Shown: positions 1-15,860, counted from the first letter of the stretch. The stretch: DNA of 64,000 nt from Octopus sinensis (GCF_006345805.1 NC_043004.1:52576001-52640000); one strand, 5' to 3'. The notes: generated by a model from the letters alone, not told the origin. Made by a program: numbers and translations.

Positions 1-1520
1 AAATATATACGTTCTTTGCGGAAAACAATCTTCTGTCAGTAGAACAAAAGGGTTACCAAAAAGGATCCAAGGGCACCACGGACCACTTTGTGATAGACAA
101 GGTTATAATGAAGAACTGTAAACGGTACCAAAAACTTCCTGCATGGCCTGGATAGACTTCAAAATGACTTACGACATGTTACTGTATTCGTGGATTTCGG
201 AAAAACCCGACAGGTGTGGAATAGCTGAGAACGTGTGTGCACTGATTAAGAACAGCATACCTAGTTGGAAAACGCATCTTTCCTGTAACAACCAACACTT
301 AGTCGAGGTAACAAATCAGTAGTCCTACGTAAAATCAACGTGCACTATGAGATGAGAAAGAACGGACCTCGCCTCAACCACCTTCTCTTCATGGATAATT
401 TAAAACTGATTGCAAAATCAGAGCCTGAAATGAAGAGGCTGGTTGAGACTGTGCAAATGTGCAGCAAGGATACAGGGATGGAATTCAGTATCTCGAAATG
501 TGCGGTGCTTACTTTGAAGCGAGGGAAAACAGTATATTGCAGGGGCATAGAATTGCCAAACAGAGAGAGAATGGTAGACTCGAATGATGATGCTGGGTAC
601 AAGTCCCTTCGGATCCAGGAGTTGGACAATATCTTGCACAGAGTAATGAAAGACAAGGTCACCTCTGCATATTTCAAGAGCCTCAAACCTCTCTTGAAAT
701 CGGAGCTCAACTCAAGGAACCTTGTGACTACTATCAACATATGGGCTGTTGCTGTAGTCCTCTACAGTGCACCCATCCTTAGATAGACACAAGTGGAAAT
801 TGACCAACTCAATAGCACTACTCGAAAGTCAATGATAATGTAGTTGCCCTCCACGCTAAGGCAAATGTACACAGGCTCGCCATGAAGGGAGTTATGGGTG
901 GACGTGAACGGGTCAGCGTACGGGATTGCATCATCATTGAAAGAAGAAACATGGCAGAAGGAGTTAACAAAAATGGACTTGAGTGTGCTCATGAATTCCG
1001 TACATGAACGGTCAACGAGAGACAAGAAACCTTACTCCGTATGGAATTACAGGGTTAGTTCCACCGAGAAATCAACAAATCAAAAGACCATGAAGCATCA
1101 TGGAGGTGGCTCAACAAGGGTGCCCTAAAAAAGAATACCGAAAGCCTAATCATCGCGTCACAGGAGCAGGCATTGAATACCAACTCAGTGAAAATATATA
1201 TATATATATACCACACAATTGCATCGAACCTCTGCAGAATGTGTGGGTAGAGGGTCGAAAGTGTGACTCACATTGTTAGTCCTTTTGAAGTCTTGCACAG
1301 AAAGAGTACAAATGTAGACACGACAAAGTAGCCCAAAACCTCCACTGGCTACTATGCCGTAAATATAGATATGAGGTTACGAGTGCTTGGTACCAACATA
1401 CACCGGAAAATGTAATGAACAAAAAATGCAAGGCAAAAATCCTCTGGGACTTTCATTTCCAGACAGACAAAGTGTTAGAGCACCGAAGGCTGGATATAGT
1501 AACCTTTAAGAGGGGCAAAA
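1..1520 (+). mobile_element. Decayed R4/Dong-type non-LTR retrotransposon fragment (RT, CCHC finger, restriction-like endonuclease)
   Basis: ORF 340-786 has LNHLLFMDNLKLIAKS (RT Y/FMDD-type motif) and TINIWAVAVVLYS. Downstream frames give CRMCG..ESVTHIVS, RHDKVA..LHW and ILWDFHFQTDKVLEHRRLDIV. Multiple stops and frameshifts. Confidence 0.85.
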
Positions 1521-3267
1521 AAGACAATGGAAAAATAATTTAACAGAGACGGCTCCTATACAAAAATATCTCTTAAATAGTGAAATTATATATTTTTCTG
1601 ATCTTTATTCAATCACTGCATCAATCCAATTACATTCTTAACACAGCATTACAATCATGATGAAAATCAGAAACTATATATAGTGGTTAAACCTATAAGG
1701 AGTAAACACAATCGTAGTAGTTTCTTTCTGTCGATTAGAAATTGAAGTGAAATTTTAAACGTTTTGCTTTCTTCGTATGGAAATTTTTACTTAATCACCT
1801 CTTTCGTTGTATACGAACAAACTGTAAATACTAATACGTAAGCACAAAGGATGCTCCCCCAGTGATGTAAAGAGCAACAAGTACAAGAGCAACATATATT
1901 CTATCAGCCAACTACCTATTAATGCGCCTTAAAGGATAATATCAGGACTGAGTAAAATATATAACGTTTGCTATCCATTTTTTTTTTTTTTGAAATTCCA
2001 GTATCGAGGAATTTCTAGGAATTTCTGTATGCGGAAATTGCTCGGAGTTTTTGCCACCAAAACTGGCGATGAAGAAAGGACGGAACATTCAAGACTTACC
2101 AGCAGAAATTACTTATTCTGACAAACTGTCACAAAATGCACATATTCAAGAAAATTGAGATATTTTTTGAGACGTAGAGTTATGCAGCCTAAGACTCACA
2201 CACATACATGTATATATACATATAGATATACATACCCCACCATATATATATATATACACATAAATAACATACATATACACCTACACATACAGATATATAT
2301 GCGTATGTATATGTATGTGTTCATTTCTTCCGTAAATAAATACCTACGCTCTGAAGCCATTATCTGTTATGGCATGCTTGTATTAATTTGCAATTGTTCA
2401 GAAGGAATGCTCATCAGAGGGAACAAACGTATAGTATTAGACTAGTGTGTATTTCAAATTTATATTCATGTGTTGCCGTATACTTTTACTGGTTTCAAGA
2501 TGGCTTTTATTTACCAATGTCTAATTTTAAGCTGACATCTAATATCTCTCTGTATTTAGGTTGGTAGCTACCGTTATCATAATAACTAATTCTTATAATA
2601 ATTCCCTACCTCTCTTTTCTAAATCATTCACCTTATTTATTAATGGTGTATCTATGATTTCACGAACAATCTTCTCTCTAGCAACATGTATCTATTACAA
2701 ATGAATGCTTTAAGACATTTGGTTATCTTCATCGGTTCATAAATATATTTTTTTAATCAGATTAAATCCCACACCAAAAGTTAAACAATACACATTATCA
2801 AATGGCAGAGATAACACACAAAATAAGCTTATATTGATCTCTATGAATTCAGGCACAAACGAAATCTTCATAAATTATATTGTGATTTACAGATTCAAAT
2901 CTGTTATATTACGTAAATTACATTTCACTTCTAATATCCAACCTGAAATAACATGGACCGACTTGAATATTAAGTATATTCTAAAGTATATGACATTGAA
3001 CTTCATAACATTTTTAGTTCTGCTTTTATGAAATAACATCGAATGAGTTATATTCTGTATTAATAACGTATATAAATGAGAGTGCAAATTAACACAAACT
3101 GATATTGTACATTATAAAAACGATAGTGCTAAAGAGTCAATCAAGAAAAAAATTATTTCGCCACGAGTGGTTTACAGATCACTGACGCTCAGATTAATAC
3201 CATATTGCATACAAGAAATATGATACTGATATCTGATGGTAATTTACACTTAAAGACAGACGTTTTA

Positions 3268-4560
3268 CGACGGGCGTTCAATAAGTAATGCTTCTGACCC
3301 ACTTGCAGTTGTTTGATCTAGCTGAAATATTGCATGTGCAATTACCTATATCTTTATAGATTAAGTGGCAAATTACAGCTCTGAACTAATTGTGGTTACT
3401 GATTTACAGGTGTTTGAACTGAGTCAAGTGTGAAACGGAGCCTGTTGAGTGTCGAGCAGTGATCCGGTTTTTGTATTTGAAAGGACGCACACCACGGGAG
3501 AATTTTGATGAAATAAAAGTAACTTATGGTGATGATGCCCCATCATATGACCTTCTAAGACGCTGGCATCGTGAATTCAAACATGGTCGGAACTTTGTGG
3601 AAACAGCTCCCAGATCTGGTCGCCCCCTTCTGCCATTGACGAGGCATCTGTCCCGTCAAGTTGAGGCTGCCATTTTGGAAGATCGACGCATAACTATTCG
3701 CCAAATAGCCCATGAGGTCAATATTAGTACCGGGTCTGTGGAAACTATCATTCATGACCATTTGCATATGCAAAAGGTGTCTGCCAGATGGATTCCCAGG
3801 CTGCTCACACCGTTCCAGAAGCAAGAACGCGTCGATAGCGCGAGGATGAATTTGAAGATGTGCCAAGAAGATGAGTCAAAATTTTTCAAAAGACTGATTA
3901 CACAGGATGAAACCTGGGTCCATCACTATGATCCAGAGACCAAAGCCCAGTCAATGCAGTGGAAGCACCGTGACTCACCTCCTCCAAAGAAGGCAAGGGT
4001 GCAGCCCTCCGCTGGCAAGGTCATGCTCACAGTCTTCTGGGACCAGGACGGAGTAGTGACAACAGATTTCTTGGCAAAGGGTGCCACAATTACAGGAGTC
4101 TATTATGCTTCACTTTTGAGGAAATTAAGAGAAGCTATTAAAATCAAGAGGCGGAACAAGATCAGCAAAGGCATCCGCCTCCTGCAGGACAACGCTCCGG
4201 TCCACAACTCGCGTGTCGCCAGATCAGAAGCACAGGCGTGCGGCTATGAACTCATCCCCCATCCCCCCTACTCTCCTGACCTTGCATCCTCTGATTTTCA
4301 CCTCTTCTCAGCCATGAAGTTGTTTTTGAAAGGAAAGCGTTTCCCAGATGATGCAGCCTTGATTTCTGAAGTCACGTCGTGGTTGGAGGACCAAGCTGGG
4401 GTCTTCTACAAAAATGGTCTTCAGAGCTGCAGGATACGATGGGAGAAATGCGTAACTCTGGGTGGTTCCTATGTAGAAAAAGACTAATAACTGTGCCAAG
4501 TTTCGTTGCTCTACTGCTATGGGAAGTGGGTCAGGGGCATTACTTATTGAACGCCCCACG
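3268..4560 (+). mobile_element. Full-length mariner DNA transposon (1293 bp) with 37-bp TIRs and TA target duplication
   Basis: Left end TA|cgacgggcgttcaataagtaatgcttctgacccactt matches the reverse complement of 4524-4560 with 4 mismatches. TA lies at 3266-3267 and 4561-4562. Confidence 0.95.
3459..4487 (+). CDS. Mariner DD34D transposase (open frame; probable original ATG mutated to ACG at 3435)
   Basis: WIPRLL (WVPHEL-like), TQDETW, LQDNAPVH and HPPYSPDLASSDFHLF; 34 residues between the 2nd and 3rd Asp; N-terminal HTH regions. Confidence 0.9.
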   Translation: MIRFLYLKGRTPRENFDEIKVTYGDDAPSYDLLRRWHREFKHGRNFVETAPRSGRPLLPLTRHLSRQVEAAILEDRRITIRQIAHEVNISTGSVETIIHDHLHMQKVSARWIPRLLTPFQKQERVDSARMNLKMCQEDESKFFKRLITQDETWVHHYDPETKAQSMQWKHRDSPPPKKARVQPSAGKVMLTVFWDQDGVVTTDFLAKGATITGVYYASLLRKLREAIKIKRRNKISKGIRLLQDNAPVHNSRVARSEAQACGYELIPHPPYSPDLASSDFHLFSAMKLFLKGKRFPDDAALISEVTSWLEDQAGVFYKNGLQSCRIRWEKCVTLGGSYVEKD

Positions 4561-4854
4561 TAGTATTCTTTTAGTATTCGTGAATTTGAAAATATTTGCT
4601 GGACGTACCCTAGATAATTTGGATTATATATTTTACAGTTAAGCCACATGGAATAAAAGGACATAAAGATCGGAATATTCGAGATATTAATCTGTTTATA
4701 CTTAGAACTATGAATAATGAAAGAACTGACTGATGCAGAAAAGAAAATCCAGATTATTGAATAATTCAAATATTTTATGAACTTAAGTTTTAAACCAAAC
4801 AAGTATTTTTCTGATATCACCCATGCTTTAGATACTAGTACATACTAGACCCAT

Positions 4855-5377
4855 ATTAGAGTACGGGATTCAATCCTCTTCTCCTTATCTCCTCAAAGAC
4901 ATACAGCATCTCGAAACAGTCCAGAAGCTGGCTACCCGCATGGTTCATGGTCTCATGAATTTGTCTTATGAAGAAAGGCTGAAGACGCTCGACCTTTATT
5001 CTCTAGAAAAACGCCGCCGCCGTGGTGATCTCATTCTCGCTCACAACATCATAAGTGGAAAGTGTAACCTCTCGAAAGAGCTGTTCTTCACTCTTGCTCC
5101 AGAGCGTCGGCTGCGGGGTCATTCCGAAAAGCTCTATCTGCGACGATTTCATCTCAATCGAAGGAGAGGGGCTTTCTCCGTCCGGGTTGCGGATCCGTGG
5201 AACAAGCTGCCAGACGAGATGGTGAAGATGCCGACGACCGCTTTGTTCAAAGTCTCCCTTGACCTCAAGTGGCCTGAACTCTTTACATTAACACCACCCT
5301 GTACATGTACTCCATGTACTCCTACATGGCCTTGCTTTTTGCTTTTTGAGTCAAAAAAATTAACTAACTAACTAACA
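4855..5377 (+). mobile_element. CR1-clade LINE 3' end fragment
   Basis: ORF 4940-5371 has LSYEERLKTLDLYSLEKRRRRGDLI...RLRGHSEKL...FSVRVADPWNKLP, typical of the CR1 ORF2 C-terminus. Ends in a (TAAC)n tail. Confidence 0.85.
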
Positions 5378-5958
5378 TTCCATTCTAAAGGGATAGCAAT
5401 ATTCTTATATATTAACATATATTTAAACCCTTGGCTGGTCAGATTCCCGATACTGTGAAGGATAAATGTATTCACTTATGTTACATACCATATATCAAGC
5501 CACTCCAGTCAGTAATATTAGAAATTGTTATCAGAATATCTTTAGAAGTAATGGTTTTCGAAAGAAGATTTATAATGAAGAAGCATTGCAACTCAAAAAG
5601 ACAAAATTACAAAGCGCAAGTAGATAATGTAAAAGTTCCAGTTTAATATAAATGTAAGCAAAGGTATAGCCGGATGTAATTTGATAGTTACTAGATCTAT
5701 ATTTTCCCAAACCACATACATGCAGGAAAAGTTTCGAATGGAATTGTAGTGCAAACAGCTATTCCACTATCCAGAATTTGGCAATATTTTTATGTACTGT
5801 AGTAAAATAAAAAAAATTTACATAGTTATTAACCGTTCGTAATACAATGGAAAATATAAATAGTACTGGCTGTTGAAGCACCATGATATATCACACAAAC
5901 TTTCGATGGCAAAAATTATATAGGTTATAGAACATCTTCACACGCACACACACACACA

Positions 5959-5991
<33 letters not shown>

Positions 5992-6451
5992 GCGCACACA
6001 CTCACACACAAATATATATATATATAAATATATTTATGAAACAGCCATTATAATTCCAGCCAGGAAGTGAAACAAGATCTTGCCTAAATATATTTTGTAA
6101 TAAAACCAACAGATTTATATTTTACTTTGAAAATGAATCTTCGTGAGTGAGCGACGTCCAAAGACAAAGAGATTAGTTTCTTGCTTTCTTTAAGCGAAAA
6201 CTATTCCTTTTGATCTACAATGAAATCATCTTCGATCACTAAATTATAGAAATATTTTCGCTTATCCGGCAGAGAAACTAGATTATTTTCAGAAATTTCA
6301 AATCATAACATGAAGAAATATTTTTAAATACAGTAAATACCTCTACTTTTAACAGAGATTTTCCTTTACAAATAATTTATACACAATTGTATTATGCATA
6401 TATGTATCTGAATTGTTAATACTTATAGAACAATGGGTGATAGCGTCCTAC

Positions 6452-6640
<189 letters not shown>

Positions 6641-6863
6641 ATATATCCACACGTACACATTCATATATACATTCATCTGTGGCTAAAAGGTTTTTACACA
6701 CTCACTTTGTGACCACATGGTTTCTTCTTCAATTCCACTACACAGTATTTTAAGCAAGTGCCTTATAATATAGTCTCGAGCCAACCAATACCGTGTCAGC
6801 GAATTTGGTAGAAGTCAACAGTATTTGTATATGTGAATATGTATTCATGTGTGAATTGTTGTG

Positions 6864-6905
<42 letters not shown>

Positions 6906-7509
6906 TGTGTGTATATATGTGTTTGTGCCTTTCTGTTTGTGTTTGTCCAACCACCATTTGAAAATCTGTTTTCACCAAAACATTCCGAGGTTCTCAAAAA
7001 CCAGATATAAATATATAGTATTGTATGTCGACTAAACACAAAAGCCATTGCTCCTACAGGGGCGCAATACAGCGAAGAACAGAAGTAAAATCTAAAATAT
7101 ATGTTCATATAATTACCTAGTACTTCTCTATGTCTCTTAACCATAAATGTTTCCCCACACTCTTCTCTCGACATTATCCACTTTTTCATATACCACTCCC
7201 CTTGCAAATCTCTATAACTTGGCCAAAGTAATCCTATTGAAAACTACTAGTCAAATGACATTAAACTCCTTAAACCTCCGATCCCCTTATGTTTTTATTC
7301 TTTATATTCTTTTCTGTTTTCTCTCTTATATTCTTAATTTCTCTCCACATCTATATTCTCCAGTCATACTGTGCTCTCTACACATTCCGATCGAATCTTC
7401 CTTGTGTTAAGATGTAACTCTTTGCGACAATGTAAGCTTTCATTTAATCAAAATAACCTTGGCCACTGTCGTCTAAATTACGCAAGAATGAAAATAACAT
7501 TGATATCTC

Positions 7510-8334
7510 AGTTTAATAGATATGTTTACCAAAATTACATAAAATTATCTTAAAATACTAAAAAGTAAATTTATTCAATAAAATTGCCTTTGGCTTCAAA
7601 CACGTCCTCGAGACGATTTCGGAATATCCTGCAACTCTTCTGGACGGTTTCCTTGTTTAAGTTGGTGAATGTCGCCATAATCCCTACCTTCATTTCATTT
7701 TTGGTGTTACAAGTTTTGTTGGTCTCTCGCTCAACTGCTTCCCTTACATAATAATCAAGGGGGATGAAGTCTAAGGAGTTAGGTGCCCAACTCTTATGGG
7801 TGATGTAGTCGCAGAAATTGTCTGATGGCCACGCCTGGCTTTTCCTGCTTGTGTGGCATTGTGAGTCCTGTTGCGAGACAAAGGGTTTCCAGCAGCCACC
7901 CTCATGACTCAGGGTATCACTACCTCCTCCAGGCACTTGATGTAAGGCTCCGTGTTAAGTGTGAGGCCGTGTGGAAAGATGAATGGAAGCGTAGCGTCGC
8001 CATAACTAGTGATCAATCAAAACAACATGATGTTGACTGGATGTTTGATTTTTATAACACTCGGTACGATTGATTTTTATAACTCTCGGTAACTCTCAGA
8101 TTGACACCCAAACATTCTGAAATGTTCATATTGGAGCTTCCGGCGCGAATGCCTAGCAGTACAGCATGTTGTTCCCAAATTTCTGGCAGAGTGAATTGCG
8201 TCATTGTGTTGTTTTTATCACAGACGGTGCCCAACGTAATATACTATACTGTGTAGACGACGAAATCAAAACAAACAATGCGCTTGCGCAAAATTGAAAA
8301 TATATAATGGCGACAATTTACCCATCACACTCTG
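7510..8334 (-). mobile_element. Decayed, internally deleted Tc1/mariner element of probable DD37D (maT-like) type
   Basis: Minus ORF 7571-7936 has QQDSQCHT...WAPNSLDFIPLDYYV (WPPNSPDLNPLDY-like). D-D spacing is 36, consistent with 37 after a one-codon loss. TIR-like end cagagtgtgatgggtaaattgtcgccatt at 8334. Confidence 0.75.
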
Positions 8335-8734
8335 CGTAATGGAAGTACGACGGAGGAAAGTATTTATATAAAACACCGAAATTAACTTCTTTATGGTACA
8401 CGACGTTGTTATATTCCGCCCCCACCAAATATTCTAGAGCTTTTATATGTTACATGTGTATTACTCTTATATGTCTATTACTCTTTGCATGTGTAGGTAT
8501 CAGTGCAACTGTTTGTGTATGTGTGCATGAGTCTGTAGGACAAGCTAAAGGACAGAATTCAATAAATGCCACTCGTTCTGACTTTATCTCTCTCAGTATA
8601 TAAAGGCTGAGCAAAAGGTTTTAGAAAACATGCAAGTTACTCTTAGCCCTTCAGAGGTTTCAGTAAAAGTAATGCGAAATACCAACGTACGAAAAAGCAA
8701 ATAGTGTACTTTCTAAAGAATTTCTGCAGCAGGT

Positions 8735-8811
<77 letters not shown>

Positions 8812-9617
8812 ATACACACATACATACATTTATACATACATACATATTATACGTATACATACATACATATATATATAAATATATACATATATATATATAC
8901 ATATATCCGTATATATTCGTAAGTATACGTGAGTATGCTAAATAATATTTGTGAGATTTGCCTTGGGGACAACCATTCAAATTACTAGTTCTTCGTTGGA
9001 AAAAGATATGACAATCGACGAATGAATGAATATTGTCCAGAGAAAGTCTCAAATATGTTTGTACTTTTAATTCCCTATACCTAAGACAGGCTGACAGTAT
9101 ATATATATATATTCCTCCAAAATATTTTTACAAACCGCACACGTACGTACTCGTCAACTGAAGCACATGTAGAGCCTTTTATATAGACATACGTATATAA
9201 ATACACACGCGCACACCACACACTCGGATATGCACACGCACACAAGTGTAAATATACGTACGGATATACATACATACATATATACATACGTACATATGCC
9301 CAATATAATTATGTGATTCATACGTTGAAGGTGTACCTCAGCAGATCATAAAATAATATCGAAGTACATAAACCCCGCTTGGATTAATGTATAGTATTTA
9401 TATTTCCGAGCTTACAGCAACAGCAATGACTTGAATAGAGATCAGTTGCTAAGTAACATTATTTAAAGTACTATTGATTTACAATATATCCTAATGGCTA
9501 CTGATTGCACTTCGTATATTTACGTATGGCTCACAATTTATTGATATTATCTAGAGTATGTATTTGTATATATATATATATTATATATATATATATATAC
9601 ATATATATATGTACATT

Positions 9618-9660
<43 letters not shown>

Positions 9661-9738
9661 AATGAATACATTTACATCAATACATAAACATATGTAATAT
9701 GTATAATGCATATATATGCATCTTTCCAAATGTCTCCC

Positions 9739-9770
<32 letters not shown>

Positions 9771-9817
9771 GTTTCTCTCTCTCACTCTCTCTCTCTATAT
9801 ATATATGTATATATATA

Positions 9818-10854
<1,037 letters not shown>

Positions 10855-11574
10855 ACGTAGCTTATAAAGGGATATCACGATATACGAAACGATTAGATGC
10901 CCACAGTCTCGCACATCTGTATCATTCATGAATATATATGAAATAGAAGCTGGTGCAAATAATTGTCACTCAAGTATTAAAATGTTCAGTTGTTTAGAAC
11001 TGCGTCCACTATTTAGATCTAAATAGAATGATGCATGTGCGCTAGCGGTAACATTTATGCGTTCATGGCAGTAGATGGTTATCTGGAAATCTCCCTGCAA
11101 ACACACAAACGATTGGAGAAGTATAAGCATGTGACATTTTCCTAAATATATGTGGGAATAGTTTAGCTGCCCTAAAGCTGAAAAAATGCTATAACATGTG
11201 GCAACATGGAAGGAAGTAGATCACATGGATACATATATATGCAAGCGTGTGTATGAGTGATAATATGCAAGTCAGTAATAGATACTTGCATACATATACA
11301 TATTACAGACAACCACATACATAAACATTCACACACACATGCACACACACACAGTTATATATACTTATACAATGTGTGTATCCATTCGCATACCTATGTT
11401 TGTTTTGGTAATAATCATTCATTATCGAACATATTTACACACGCACGCACACACCCGCACATATATATTGCTATGTTCACTTTTTTATTCAAGTTTATTA
11501 TTCAGGCTGAAACCTCAAAGTCGCTGTCAATAACCTTTTTATTTAAGAATTGTATATATATGTCTAGGTATGAA

Positions 11575-11948
11575 GGCGTAGGAGTGGCTGTGTGGTAAGT
11601 AGCTTGCTTACCAACCACATGGTTCCGGGTTCAGTTCCACTGCGTGGCACCTTGGGTAAGTGTCTTCTACTATAGCCTTGGGCCAACCAATGCGCTTGTG
11701 AGTGGATTTGGTAGACGGAAACTAAAAGAAGCCTATATATGTGTGTGTGTATGTGTGTCTGTGTTTGTCCCCCTAGCATTGTTTGACAACCGATGCTGGT
11801 GTGTTTACGTTGCCCTCACTTATCGGTTCGGCAAAAGAGGCCGATAGAATAAGTACTGGGCTTACAAAGAATAAGTCGAGGGTCGATTTGCTCGACTAAA
11901 GGTGGTGCTCCAGCATGGCCGCAGTCAAATGACTGAAACAAGTAAAAG
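11575..11948 (+). mobile_element. tRNA-derived SINE family A (CORE-like centre, internal TA/TG tract)
   Basis: A-box tggctgtgtgg, B-box-like ggttcagttcc, ccttgggtaagt core and tail ccagcatggccgcagtcaaatgactgaaacaagtaaaag. Near-identical copies occur elsewhere in the window. Confidence 0.85.
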
Positions 11949-12684
11949 TGTATATATATATGTGTGTGTGTGTGTGTTTTCCACAGAATCTCTCAAATCT
12001 AGACACCAATATCTAAGTATAATTCAAGCCGATTTACATTATCTTTCAAGAAAAGTGAACACTACCAAACGAAGTGATCTCTACCAGCTACGAACCTAGA
12101 AACGCTCTCTACGTTACAAGGGTGAAGAGCTCAAAATAACGAAACTTGTATAAAAGAATTTCCCATTTTAGCATAAAATATATGTATTCACATCATCAGC
12201 TCTCGAAAGGGATAGCACATGGTTTCGAAACTTGTGCAGAACCATTCAATTAGGTGATGTCCACAGCGTTAAAAATATAAGCTCTGCCTGGGAATCCACA
12301 GATTAAACCTACAAGGAACACCATCAGATTAAACACCATCAGATTAAACAGTACTAATAGCAGAGAACTAGTTCCAAAAAGGAGATACAGACGAATATAA
12401 TTAATATAGACAACTAGATTCTCTGTTTTTGCAATCAACCTCATATCACAAACATAATATCCTACCCCCAAAACAAGCCTATTAATGATTACTGGAACAG
12501 TAAATCTCGTTAAGAACGTTCACTAATTACGTACAAATAAAAGGAGATGCCTAGATCAATATCCATCAAAGCCATTGCTATAAAATATATTAAACAAATA
12601 CCCTATACACACTCACGTACGAGTGTATATATATATATATATATATATAGATATATATATATATATATATACATACATACACAT

Positions 12685-12729
<45 letters not shown>

Positions 12730-12753
12730 ATATTTATTTATTTATTTATTTGT

Positions 12754-13046
12754 GGAGGCGCAATGGCCCAGTGGTTAGGGCAGCGGACTCGCGGTCGTAG
12801 TATTACGGTTTCGATTCCCAGACCGGGCGTTGTGTGTGTTTATTGAGGTAAAGCACCTAAAAGCTCCACGAGGCACTGGCAGTGGTTGGGGGGGGGGTGA
12901 TCCCTGCTGTACTCTTTCTCTCACTCTTTCTTCTGTTGGCCTGCTCGCTTAGCCAGCGGGGTGGCGTCATTCGAAGGCTAAAACAATGCGAACGCATTGT
13001 GACCAGCGATGTGTAACAGCAACTGATAGCCTGGTTAGTCACGGTG

Positions 13047-13047
<1 letters not shown>
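12754..13047 (+). mobile_element. tRNA-derived SINE family C
   Basis: tRNA-like head ggcgcaatggcccagtggttagggc...gtttcgattccc with A and B boxes, a unique body and a (TA)n tail. Confidence 0.75.
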
Positions 13048-13077
<30 letters not shown>

Positions 13078-13731
13078 ATACATATACATATAAATATAGA
13101 AACTTATATATATATATATACACATACATATATATATATATCAATACACCACTGTGTGTAAAATCGTGCTTGTATGTATGAATATGTACACAGGATCGCA
13201 ACAATTTGCTTTTTCTGAAGCTTGTATCATGTGGTAATTTGTATCAATCAATCACTCATAGTTGTATGTACATATATAGCCTCGACGTACCTAGACATGT
13301 TAGCAGCTTGCTCACCGTTCACACTTAATTCATTAAGATAGCCAAGATGTGACGGCTCGTAGGATAGGGGACTGCCTCGAATAGATTGAACAAGCGTGTA
13401 ATGGGATTGTTATTTAAAGGACAGAAATGTTGTGCGGTGCAAGAATCAAACCCACAAGCTTCCGATTGTGAGTCCAAAGCCATACCCATTAGCCTACTCT
13501 ATATGTATTTATGAAATATGTCGGAGGGGGCTGCGGGTCCGTGTACATGGAAGGGGCCATTGTGTGTGTTTGTATGTGCGCGCTTAAGAGAGAGAGAGAG
13601 AGGAGAGAGTAAGTGAAAATCTGCTATATCGATTGATAAGAGGGTAGAGATAGGGTCATACATAGAAATACTGGTACGTAGATAAATAAGAGGGTGGACA
13701 GCTAGCTAACTAGACAGACAGACAGACAGAC

Positions 13732-13821
<90 letters not shown>

Positions 13822-13904
13822 AGATATAGATAGATAAATAGATAGATAGATAGATAGATATATAGATAGATAGATATAGATATAGATAGATAGATAATAG
13901 ATAG

Positions 13905-13997
<93 letters not shown>

Positions 13998-14147
13998 CAG
14001 ACAGACGGGCAGACTGGTAAGCATTTTTATTGATTCCCGTCAATGTAATGTCCGTATGAATGAAAAGCAGTTAAATTTTTATAAGTGCTCAATTGAGAGA
14101 GAGAGAGAGAAGTGAGAGAAAGAAAGAGAGGGGGTAGAAAGAGAGAT

Positions 14148-14185
<38 letters not shown>

Positions 14186-14579
14186 GTGGGAAAGAAAATG
14201 CTACAAATTTAGATAGACGAAGAGATAGACGCAGAGATATAGATAGAGCTTGAGAGATAATTTGCAGGAGAGCGTGAGAAAGAAAGCATGATGTGTTCTA
14301 GAGAGGGGAAGTTTAGTAGCGATAGCGGGCTGCAACAAAATTGTATGTATGCTTCAATGTGACAAAGGTGCAACAGTGAGGTTAAATATCGATACATGCA
14401 TGACTGGGTTGAAATGTCATTATCGATGACGTGTTTATTGGTTAAATGGCGGCTAGAAACTGTATCACCCAGCTAGTGTTATATGACATGATAACATTTC
14501 GTGGTAAATTTAGTGCAATATCTCACGGTTCAGTTTGCTTGTGAAATATTATGGAAAGCAAGAAAAGCAATATTTTTAA

Positions 14580-14622
14580 TAATGATGATAATAATAATGA
14601 TAACAATAACAGTAAAGAGAGA

Positions 14623-14659
<37 letters not shown>

Positions 14660-14973
14660 CATTATGTATATGATGGTGATGCTGGTTTTCCAACCGTTGC
14701 TGCTGTTGCTGCTGGAGCTGATAACGGCGTTGTTGTTGTTGTTGATGATGATAGTGATGATGATGATGATGATGATGACGATGATGACAACGCCGATGAT
14801 GATGGTGAAGATGATGATGATGATGGTGGTGCTGGTTGTAATGATGATGATAATAATCGTGGTAGTGGTGAAGATGATAATGATGGTGGTGGTAGTGGTG
14901 ATGCGATGATGATGATGGTGGTAGTTGCAGTGGTGATGATAATTAAAGAGGAAGTGGAAGAGGATGATAATAG

Positions 14974-15040
<67 letters not shown>
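14580..15040. repeat. (GAT)n/(GGT)n/(GA)n low-complexity tract
   Basis: Visible triplet repeats; source of the spurious poly-D and poly-S ORFs. Confidence 0.9.
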
Positions 15041-15307
15041 ACTGCCTCCTTTATAGCCACAAAGACTGAAAGACATAAAATACAATGAAACGTTAAAGAC
15101 AGTATGCAATGTACTTTACAATACACTTGAGGATGGATAGAAATGTTATATAAGCATAAAGAGGGGAATTTATACGCTAGACGGATAAGCAAAATAAATC
15201 TGGACATGAAACTCCAGGTATAAAACGCACCACAGTTGACACAAAATTTAATAATAATAATAATAATAATATAATAATAATAATATAATAATAATAATAA
15301 TAATAAT

Positions 15308-15777
15308 GGTATAAAAGATGGGCTACAGCAAATATTCTGCTCAATACCACAGATTTGCTTGTCAGTTGTTTGACCTTAACCAGTTGAGCATGTCCCTTAG
15401 TGGCTGACGATATGTGCATCTCTGATCACGAGCAGAAGTAGTGGGGGAGCATCATAGCCATGTGTTGAGAGGGATTCTTTGGGGTTTGAATAGTTCACCT
15501 CTGGAAACATGGGTGGTTCTTTCAACATCCTTAAACAACCCTTATTCAGGGACCTTTTGAGCGGGATGGGCTACTCAACCTGAAGAAAATTCTAACTGGG
15601 CCCCACCTGCAAGGTCATGTGCTGTTTATCTTGATATGAGATCACAATGTCGCGCACATATGGTTGTGATGCATGTGCCTGGTGTACCCTTATCAGACGG
15701 GTAGTCATGATGGGTATATTGGGCTTCGTATATTTTACCCCAGTGTCACTTTGATGGCATGAACTGCTCTCTCACTC

Positions 15778-15778
<1 letters not shown>
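15308..15778 (+). mobile_element. Non-coding interspersed element embedded in (AAT)n (copy 1, truncated at left)
   Basis: Highly similar to 15978-16355 and 51243-51624. Ends ...ctgctctctcactc|(aat)n. No convincing ORF. Confidence 0.8.
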
Positions 15779-15809
<31 letters not shown>

Positions 15810-15829
15810 TGATAATAATGATGATCATA

Positions 15830-15860
<31 letters not shown>

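Noticed and set aside
12754-12830. tRNA gene
   Set aside because: The tRNA-like head lacks a complete cloverleaf and terminator and continues into a SINE body.
14501-15207. Long poly-Asp, poly-Ser and poly-Ile ORFs
   Set aside because: Translations of (GAT)n microsatellites, open in several frames on both strands.
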